This document shows positions 1 to 9,700 of a DNA stretch of 64,000 bases, piece after piece (position 1 is the first letter of the stretch; each line of letters opens with the position of its first letter). The translations under genes and the position numbers were made by a program. Origin of the DNA: Cirrosporium novae-zelandiae (taxonomy: Eukaryota); assembly GCA_026023565.1 (NCBI GenBank), contig JAPETS010000003.1:744001-808000 (forward strand). The letters are read 5' to 3'. The notes under the pieces are model-generated. The model searched no databases. It saw only the letters and a program-made list of their open reading frames with translations, and was not told the DNA's origin.

Positions 1-246
1 GCTATCCATGAAGATAATGGCACCCATCATCTACGGACAGTCAGCAGTAGTACTGCTTCATCTAATGACTCGACAGGTACAACTGTGGTCAAAAAGTCAA
101 GTACAAGAGCTCAAGGTGCTACTGCTGCTAGCAGTAGAAAAACGGCACCTGCAAAAAAGTCGACAGCAGCAGCAGCGAAAAGAGTCGCAAGCAAAAAGGT
201 CGAGCCACCGGCGCCCGGAAGGAGAGTTTTGAGGTCGAGGCACTGA
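1..246 (+). CDS. 3' end of a gene entering from the left; basic low-complexity C-terminus (possibly fungal borealin/Nbl1-like)
   Basis: Frame 1 is open from base 1 to TGA at 244-246: AIHEDNGTHHLRTVSSSTASSNDSTGTTVVKKSSTRAQGATAASSRKTAPAKKSTAAAAKRVASKKVEPPAPGRRVLRSRH*. The family guess rests only on the remembered resemblance of the ...GRRVLRSR tail. Confidence 0.55.
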   Translation, partial: AIHEDNGTHHLRTVSSSTASSNDSTGTTVVKKSSTRAQGATAASSRKTAPAKKSTAAAAKRVASKKVEPPAPGRRVLRSRH

Positions 247-1270
247 ATTGCTTACTCTCTTTGTTGTGGAGTTTAGTGGGGACTAATTTCGGATCCGAGT
301 GGAAGGAAAAAACGGATATCCTGGAAAACGTAAACTTGGTTGGGGATAGGAATCATTGAATAATACTGGTATGTATTAGCTGCCTGTTATCTGGTATGCA
401 TTGATTAATACGCGCTGTTGTCGCAAATCTTTAATGTTGGAAAGCGCTGGGGCGTTTTTTTCCAAGTGTCCACTGTTGATTTACATTTCTGGGGTTTCAG
501 AGAGAAGTTGGACTGCAAGGTGCAGGATACCAAGCTGTTTCAAAACGAGCAAGGCGACAGTCTACCGTGGATTTGAGTTTACAAAGTTCATCATTACATA
601 GGCCTACTATGAAGAAAAATATGATACCAAGTATAGAATAAGTTAGGCAATTGATTTTGGCCCCTGAAGCGTTGCCCAAATAGTAAATGGTGAGAAAAAA
701 ATATATGGAGAATGATGCAATAATCATCAGATGATATGGACCTGCCCCTCCTTTCCCTAAAGTGCACTTGTGTCTCTATGGATGGATACCTGTACGTAAT
801 GAGAAGGTGGAGTTCGTAAAGGGTTATGAAAATATAATGGGGAAGACTCGGTTTAGAGGAGATTGAAAGGCCTTAGAGGATAATTGACAAGAAATATAAT
901 CATATCAATCATATCAGATCATCTTATCGGCGGATCTAACCGTGCTATCAACCGTGTAAAATTCCATCCATCCTCTGGTATTGCGTCAGATTCACGCCCT
1001 TCCAATCCCTATTTGACTTCTTTTTCCGGCTATCCCAACCTCTGTGTCTCCAATATGCAATAATACGATAATACGCCTAAGTGAATCCGCTTTGCCTTTG
1101 TCCTGCACCCACACTTCTCGGGTTTTTCACCGCCCTCTTAATTCTTCATTTCACCTTATTCACTGAAATAATCGCAACATGCTCCCTCGATAACCCGAAA
1201 TCCTTATTGCGCTCGCTCGGGCTGATAACAGCACAACCATAGCACGAAATATCTACCCATATACTCCCAG

Positions 1271-2359
1271 ATGGAGGTCGCTCAGCAAGAGGTAGCTCCC
1301 GACCACCGCGGGCAGCATAGCCTCTCAAATAAGAAAGAGATGGGGAAAACCTCTGCTACAACTCAAAGCATGGAAGCCGTCAAAGACGTTCTCTTTGGAT
1401 CTGTATGCATCAATTCTTTCTCTTCTCCTCTAAACTCAATAGTTTCGATCACTAACTCGTGGAAAATATAGACTGCAGGTATCATGGGCAAATTCATTGA
1501 ATACCCTTTTGACACTGTGAAAGTACGCTTGCAATCACAACCAGCGCATCCTCCTTTCCTCTACAGTGGTCCACTTGATTGCTTTCGCAAGTCACTTCAA
1601 GCGGACGGTATTCACAGTCTATATCGAGGAATTAGCGCGCCACTATTGGGCGCAGCGATTGAAACATCATGTCTTTTTTTTAGTTACAGAGTCGCGCAAG
1701 ACATACTGCAGGCCACAATTCTACCAAGCGACAAGCCATTGTCGTTCCCTGCGTTGTTGACTTGTGGTGCTATGTCTGGTTCTTTCACCTCTGTGTTTTT
1801 AACACCAATTGAACTTATCAAGTGCAAGATGCAAGTCTCTGCTGACTCCATTCACATTGCCCGTCGCCCTGGTCCTCTCACTATTGTTGCATCTATCTAC
1901 CGCCATGAAGGCCTTTTTGGTTTTTGGCATGGTCAACTTGGTACTCTTATTCGTGAGACTGGGGGCTCAGCTGCCTGGTTTGGGTCCTATGAAGGTGTTT
2001 CTGCACTCTTTCGCAAATACATGCCTCCATCAAATATAGGCACCAAACACTCCTCTCTTGATAAAGAAATTCCCCTCCCTATCTACCAGCAAATGATTGC
2101 AGGTGCGTGCGCCGGCATGAGTTACAATTTCTTGTTCTATCCAGCAGATACAATTAAGTCACGGATGCAGACAGAGGAAGTTGTTGTGAGAGCCAGTGGA
2201 AATGTCAAGATGACATTCTGGGAAACTGGAAAGTTGCTATGGCATCAACAAGGTATTAAGGGCATGTATAGAGGCTGTGGGATCACTGTTGCTAGATCGG
2301 CACCTAGTTCTGCGTTCATATTCTCTATTTATGAGACGCTGAGACATACCATAGGGTGA
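1271..2359 (+). CDS. ORT1: Mitochondrial carrier family protein, ornithine carrier (ORT1/arg-13/amcA type)
   Basis: Exons 1271-1402 and 1472-2359; intron GTATGC...ACTAAC...TAG. Three carrier signatures: PFDTVKVRLQ, PIELIKCKMQ, PADTIKSRMQ. RETGGSAAWF is typical of ornithine carriers. Confidence 0.88.
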
Positions 2360-3210
2360 AAATTGAAAAAAAAAAAAAAGACATGTCCTTAGGGAAACAT
2401 GGAAAGGGTTAGGGTCTATAGGTTTGGGGAGGGGACTGTCATGCGAGTAAGAAAATTTCTAGTTACACAAAAGTGCTTATTTTGGCGCTGCATAACTTTT
2501 TAGATTTGAGTATTTTAGCGGGGTACCAGACTACCTTTGGAGTTGACGCTAGAATAAAAAAAATCTTATTATGCGGAAATGATCAAATCAAGCAAAACCT
2601 TTTCTAAAGTAAAGAAGGAGTGAAAACAGATGTAGAATAAATGGAAGAGAGGAGAGAAGAGGAGAGAAGAGGGAATGTTTTGTTTGGGATACTTCTCAAG
2701 TGAAATTTACACGCAAAATATATTGCCAAGCCTTGGAAGCGGGCGGGGCATGGTGGGTTTCCATAATACTTAGTATATAGCTATAGCAAGCACATCTCCC
2801 ATTTTCCCCTCAGCAAACAACAAGCCTTCACCAGCTCAAGGTTCCCAACTAGGTACATAGTATGCATATCAACGGTTTTCATGAGACAAAACAGACAATC
2901 TCTCATATGGCCGGCCAAAGTACCCTCCTCAATCCGCTTCAACCATTTTTTCTTCTAGAGTAATCTAGTAAAGCCTTTAGTTTTATCGATCGACCCTTTA
3001 CATTTCCGATCGATTAGATGCATATTGTATCAAACGTTTTTGCTAAATATTAACTATTTGCTTGCTACTATAGTACTATACAAAGAAAGAAGTACCAGGG
3101 GAAGAAAGCCACAAGGAATTACTAAGGGGGAGGCATATGAAATAAAATCCCTAATCATTCTCCAAGAGGAGGGTAACAAGTTGTGGATTTTGCTATATAT
3201 CGTGGTGTAA

Positions 3211-3231
3211 GGTGGTGGTGGTGGTGGTGGT
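3211..3231. repeat. (GGT)7 microsatellite
   Basis: Direct reading. Confidence 0.9.
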
Positions 3232-3876
3232 TGGTTGATCGTATTTGAACGGAACTTGATTCTTTTCGTTTTCGGAGTTTTTTTTATTGAAGTGGAGAGG
3301 ATAGATTTCTTTTTATACCCTCTAGAATTAGTTATTAAGATGTGAGGGGATCTAGCTTAAGAGGGAGGAAAGTATTTCTAACTTAGGGAGGTGTAACTTC
3401 TTGATAGTAAATAGTTGATAGATGATAAATAAGAAGCCTTTAGGTTTTACTATTTAATAGATTTCCTTAGGTGAAATGTCGCTGACTGCATTGGGGAGGA
3501 ATTTCGAGAGCAGAAACGGGGCTGGATATAGAATAAAGGTGGAAATGATGTACTTGGTGTAATAGCTTCTAGTAATTTAGGATTACTGACTTGTTTGGAC
3601 TTAATCCGGCCTTTAGAGACGTTGGATCGCGCGGGATATTATAGGAACGAAGTAGTCTAATAGGTATGTATATACTTTAACTCCAGCGCAATGTAGATAA
3701 CCAACTATGTTCTGGACTTTCCTCAACGCCTTCGTAGATACGCCAAGGCCTAGCACCGCTGCACTACAGAGAGAAATGCTGCCATGCGTAAGTAAGCAAC
3801 CCCAGAGGCTGTTAGCGATTCGATATCGCCAACAACCATTTCAACCAAAACTAGCAAGTCAAGAGCCATCCTTTCT

Positions 3877-4485
3877 TTATTTTTTATCCCAGTGCCAGCC
3901 TCCGTGTTCTGTGCAATTCCGGCACCTGCCCATATCGCACAGGTCTTTGTAGCGAGTTTTCGTCCTCATGCAGAATGAACACTTGAACTTGGGAACATTG
4001 TTCTTGTCACGAAATAATACGTAGCGTTCGTCTTTTAGGAGGCGTCTTGCGATGCACTCCTCTTCGCAGTCCATGCAAATCCGTGTCCGTCGCTCTAGCC
4101 TGTCGCACCCTCTTGTCTTCTGCCGTTGCCTGTAAGAAAACTGGATCTCCGGAAGCATCTTGCAACAGCCTTCGGCGTCAATAAAATAAGGCATACTGTA
4201 TGTATAGCAAGTGAGGTAATCTTGAGAATGTATTGTTTCTGGTCGGTCCTCTTCATCTAAGAGATATTCTATCATTTTAAGTTGTGTCATTCGATCGATG
4301 GTAATAAGATATTGGCTCTTGTGGGATTGAGGTATGGGGTTGATGCCAATGATATGATTGAGGTGCCGATTCACTTGCCTAAGATGATAGAGAGTTCGAG
4401 TCGGGAGCCGTTGAAGTATGAGCAGTATGATTTCGTTGGGGATTCTTTCCAGTATGTGTGGTGGCGGACGTGAAGGCGGAGACAT
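3877..4485 (-). CDS. F-box protein with Cys-rich C-terminus
   Basis: Single 202-aa ORF. N-terminal F-box LERIPNEIILLILQRLPTRTLYHLRQVNRHL, followed by several CxxC pairs (CMDC, CSFC, CRNC). Confidence 0.75.
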   Translation of the reverse strand: MSPPSRPPPHILERIPNEIILLILQRLPTRTLYHLRQVNRHLNHIIGINPIPQSHKSQYLITIDRMTQLKMIEYLLDEEDRPETIHSQDYLTCYTYSMPYFIDAEGCCKMLPEIQFSYRQRQKTRGCDRLERRTRICMDCEEECIARRLLKDERYVLFRDKNNVPKFKCSFCMRTKTRYKDLCDMGRCRNCTEHGGWHWDKK

Positions 4486-4884
4486 GCTTGAATTATCTGA
4501 GGAGAAATTTGGGAATGTTATGAAATTTAGATGATGAGGTATGTATGTAAATAGTAGAGTAGAAGTTAAGGTGCAGAGGACTGAGAGAGCTCTCGAGGAT
4601 TCTTAGCTCCAAGCCTGGGGTATACATAGGAAATTGCAAAGTGAGCAAATACACATTATTCCATAATCCTTCGACACTGGACGAGGCTGAACGGATCTAT
4701 TACTGATAAATTTAATAGTTTCAGACCAAAGCTAATGTGAGAAGAGGTTAAAATAAGAATATTAGTCAATATAAAAATGTCGGTATCCACTAGTCTCCTT
4801 TGACCGATAGATATCAAAGGAATCTCAACTCTAATCTCGGCTCCACAAACAAACGTTCTCCCATTACAAGTGTTAAATCCAACC

Positions 4885-6122
4885 ATGGTTTCTCCTAGCT
4901 CAACCCTCGCCGCCGATGCTCAAAAATATAACCTCCAACCCTCCGAGATAGAAACCCTGGCTCAAAAAGCAATCGAAGCCCAATCCACCGCCTATTGTTT
5001 GTATATCCTATCCCCACTTGCCAAAAAAATCCAACCGAGAGCGACAAAGATTCTCAATTAACCCTTTTTCCAATCTTTTATAGGCCCTTACTCCAACTTC
5101 CATGTCGGAGCATGCATTTTAACCGATGAGGGTGAATATATCGCCGGCGCCAATGTTGAGAATGCTAGTTTTCCTGTTGGATCGTGTGCCGAGCAGGTCG
5201 CTTTTGGGATGGCGGTGGTGAGTTTTGTTTTTATTTTTATTTTTGTTTTCCGTCTTTTCTAATTTGCTTTTGTTTCCTTATGATGCTTTCGCTCATTAAA
5301 CAGGGCGCACCATCGAGGAGAAATGTGCGTTTGTAGAAAGGAGAAGAGACGAAAAGACAAGTACCACGAAAAAAACTAGGGACCAATTTCATATTTCAGG
5401 AAACTCTCAAGACTAATTAATACCTGCATCCCCCTCCACCCTTCAACTATCTCCCCTTCTAAAACCCCGAAGCCCATCCAACAACGAATATAAAAAAATC
5501 AATTAGATACCCACGTCCACTCCACGCATATCCCCTAACATAAACTAACATTCCCCCCTCTTCCTCCTACAGACATCCGGTCACCGCAATTTCAAAGCTC
5601 TAGCCGTGGCAACAGATATAAACCCGCCGGCCTCCCCCTGTGGAATGTGCAGACAATTGTTCGTGCTCACTTTCCCCCCTTTCCCCCACCACTTATCCCA
5701 ATTCAACTCCAGCCCGCATACAAAAAACACGAACAACTAGTTAACCAGCCTATGAACGCCAAATAGTATTTCTGAATTCTGCTCCCCGGATCTTCCGATC
5801 TTTATGTACGGTAGCGACAAAAGTTCCTCGGGAGAGAGGGGGCCTATATATATAGTCAAAACACTTGGAGATGTAAGTTTATCTAATTATATTTTCCTAG
5901 ATCCAATAAAATAGCCCTCCAATCCAACTTTCCAACATCCAACTCCTCCCCAATCAATCAATCAATCAATAAATCATCCTCAATCCCATTCTAACTTGAC
6001 CACCTTTCGATTTCCCCTAGCTCCTCCCCCTCTCATTCGGCCCGATATCCTTCCCCCAAAAAAACCTACCAAAACCCGAAGAAGAAGGAGAAGGCGAGAA
6101 GAAATCAACAATAACAACGTGA
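4885..6122 (+). CDS. CDD1: Cytidine deaminase (homotetrameric type), 5 exons
   Basis: Exons 4885-4996, 5084-5217, 5573-5658, 5767-5872, 6021-6122. The spliced protein contains [33 protein letters not shown] and LLPLSFGP. Confidence 0.9.
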
Positions 6123-6761
6123 TTAGAAATGTAGACATCAATCAATCAAGCAAACAAGCAAGCCACCCAGTACCATCAAACTAATTCTCCTCCTCTAAAA
6201 AGATATTTCTCCAAATTTATATTATGTATATCTATCATATGAAATCTTTCTAGCTAATCTCAAGCCTTCAAGCCTCCCAGCCTTAAAATAACCATTTTAT
6301 CTATCTATCTATACATCAAATATCAAATATCAAACAAACAAATAAATCCAATAGATGGTAATGTTACATGCGTCCACTTATTATGCCATTTCATCTAGGC
6401 TATGCAGTATTAATTAATTGAATTTATACACATAGACAAGTTACTTTATTTCTTTTCTTTTTTTTTAAAAAAAAGAATACATTCTCGCATAAACTACCAA
6501 ACCAATACTTAATAAAAGGCCAACCCCTCCCTTCGAAAAAAAAGAAAAGGAAAAAGGAAAAAGAGAAATATGGATACATAACGCGATTATCAATCAATCA
6601 TCCCATCCCTTACCCATCCCATCAATCAATCAAATCAATCAGTTTTTGCGTTTCAGGTAGAATAGATAGATACAAAAAAGCATGCAGAACTCTCCACTCC
6701 AACTTCTCCCGTGCATCTATCAATCTATCCAATTTTTACCACCGCTAGCATCCATTCAACC

Positions 6762-9700
6762 TTAAACTTCATCATCCTCATCATCCAACCCGGCAGCCCC
6801 CAAAAGCTCATCCTCATCCGCCACAACCCCCTCATACCCACCTCTCCCATCTCTCCCTCTAGAAAACGCACTCCGCGAAGTATACGCACCACCAGCATGA
6901 CCAAATCTCCCACCACCGTCGCCACCAACCGGCAGCCAGCCACTTGCAGTTCTCCAAAGACTCATTCCTAACAACGGCATTGCCTTAAGCACCGCCCAGG
7001 TACCGGCAACCGCCGCAATCGGATAAGTAACGAAGGGGCTATCCCTCCAATCCTCATGACCACCGGCAGTATTCTCACCCAGACGAATCCGACCGAATTT
7101 GCCGTCCCAGTTATTCCAGACCCAGTAGCCGGCCGCAGTACCGAGAATAGTGCAGATGGTAACGATGAAGAAAATCCCGAAAATTCCGAGGCCGCCTCTA
7201 CGTTTGCGGTTGTATTCTTCATCCTTGCCGGGGCAGGGGTGCGATTGGCTGGAGTATTCAAGCTCGCGGCCCCCGCTGCAAGTTGAAAGCGGGATGCGTC
7301 GGTAGCCTGTGGGTTCGTAGTACTCGACGGCGTTGGGGTCTGTTTGACAGATGGCGCTATGGTCGGCGGGGGCGAGGCCAGGCACCAGTTGGCAGGAGCC
7401 GTCGTTTGCAAGTTGGTAGTTGTAATCGCTGGGAGGGGAGGAGTTAGTATGATGCATGTGTGTGTGAAGGTTAGAGGGAGTTGGGAAGAGAAAGGGGGCA
7501 TACCATTCGAAATCCTGTCGGGTGCAGCTACAATTCTGGGCGATATTGTGTAGGTGCTGGATTGATTTGCCATTAAAACATTTCTTTTCTGGCTTCTTTC
7601 GATGATATTGTGCCACGTGTCCGAACAAGCAGTTATCCTTCTGCAGTGGGTGTTTTGGCTCCCAGAGATAGTAGTCACCATCCTCTGAGTCGGGGTGCTT
7701 CTCATCTAACTTGCATTGACGATCTGCTAGCCCACTAAAGTCGAGATTGACGGTGGCGAGGTCGGAACCCTTCTTTCCCCAGAGAAGGAAATTGCGGGAA
7801 TTATCAGAGGGCACGGTGGTGATGTCTCCAATGAGCATTTGAGTGTCGGAGAAGATATATTCTTGCCACGTCTTTCCTTCATCTAACGTATAGTACACGT
7901 GATCTGTGGGTTCTGAATCCTTTACGATAACGATAATGGAACCCTGGTCGCCATATTCCCACATATAAGATCCTTTCTTAACAGAATCCCAGGTTATACC
8001 GCCATCACGAGTGATGAAGGTATCGGCATCACTTTTGAGGGCAAGGTTGGGACCAACATTTCCGATGCCCATCATCAGGCCAATGGCAGACGCAGAAGAG
8101 TACGTATCGTCAGGGCTCTTGCGTTCAGTGAAACCGTGGAGATGAAGTGAGCAGTCTTCGGTTGGCTGATCCTTGACTTTGCAGCCCCAATCTTTACCCA
8201 CCGCGTCCTTCTTGGGAGCAGGAAGAAGAGCCCATTCGGCCCCATCATTATGCGTGATCATGGTCTTGAGCTTCTTAGCTTGGCCTTTTTCAGCTTCATT
8301 GATGTTTTTGACTACATTAACGAGCGCGACACCTTCAAGACCTTGCATCTTTTCAAAGTCAACATAGCCTGGGGTATTTCTATTAACACCGTTCAAACTC
8401 ATTACGTAGGACGTTCCATTGCTGTTGCTCTTTATGATGGAGCCATATTCATAGTCTTGTCGATTGTTAACTGTGACATGAAGAAAGACTGCGTGAGTCG
8501 AGCTATCCAAAACCGTGTATGCTTGTTGGTGAGGAACATCAAAGTTTTGTGGGAACCGGGCATCAGCAAAGGTGTGCCCGTCAATGCTTGCATCAACTTT
8601 GAGCGACTTTTCATTTTCATCTTTAGCGGCTACGATGATGAATTCAGACATTGTAGCGAAATCGATAATGTCATCAAAGTGAACTGTTTGATCAGCAAAC
8701 CAATTAGTGCTAGACACCAATTGCAAGGGGTTATTCGGATTTTCATCCTTGAATTGCTCGCAGTAGGTGAGTTGTTTATCGCCATCTGTAGGATCCTTGA
8801 TGAACTCGCACTTGCGAACGTAGCGGAGCAACGTCTGCCAGTTGTCACCCCGATCTTTGGTAAGATGGGCGGTGGAGTGGCATTCGTCACCACTAAAGGT
8901 ATCACAGTCTGTGGCGGATATCCAAATAAGCCAGTCTTTATAATCAGGATGGAATGCAATTGGCCGCATGCGCTCTATTGTTTGCTGAGCAGGGACCTTG
9001 AAGTCGTGGATGCTATCACCTCGATCCAATGAGTAGAATACCTTCTCGCCAGCAGTCAAGAAGTAGACGACATCATGGTTATAGGGATTCGGATAAATTG
9101 ATGTGATGTCTCTGTCTTCAAGAATTTGCTTCCATGTTTTTCCATGGTCTTTGCTTAAGTAGATCTTTTGGTTATCAAGTCGCATGACGATGCTCTCGTC
9201 GATATCCTTACTTCTTTCTGATCGTTCAAGATAGTAATATTCTCTGAAGCTGTTAGCCTTAAAGATTGTAAGTTCATTTGAGATTTCGCCGCTCGAAGGA
9301 ATCTTGAGTGCGTTCTTGCAGGATCGTTCAACTTGTTCCTGGTCAAGGCTGACGCCTCCATCACGTTCGCATTCATTCCCTGGGATAAGTCTCCAGCCAG
9401 AAGGTCCTTTGAATGTATCCTCAGCATCTTTACAAGTGCCGTCGGGGACTTTCATCACGCCAGCAGGTAGACACGACTTCCGATCTTCACCGCGGACGAA
9501 ATTATAATCGCATTCAAAGTCTTCTTTCGTGCATTTGCAAGGTTCAAACTGTGGCTCTGGGTCTTTGAATTCCTCATCAACAAAGCAATCGGCATCCGCC
9601 TTCCGCCTCTTGTAGTACTGTTTATGGCCCATGAGGCAGTCTGGCTTTCCGTCTTCGTCTAGCCTTGCATACCATTTCTCGAAATCCTCTTCTTTGCATT

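Noticed and set aside
8..232. Track ORF MKIMAPII... (74 aa)
   Set aside because: Frame 1 is open from base 1 and gives a more protein-like C-terminus; this ORF is an overlapping off-frame shadow.
6968..7705. 245-aa same-strand alternative-frame ORF over the VPS10 3' end
   Set aside because: Explained by GC-rich codon usage of the real gene; no recognisable motif.
8250..9032. 260-aa antisense ORF within VPS10, and similar antisense ORFs in ARS2, CCT4, the PX gene and kinesin
   Set aside because: Antisense shadows of long coding sequences.
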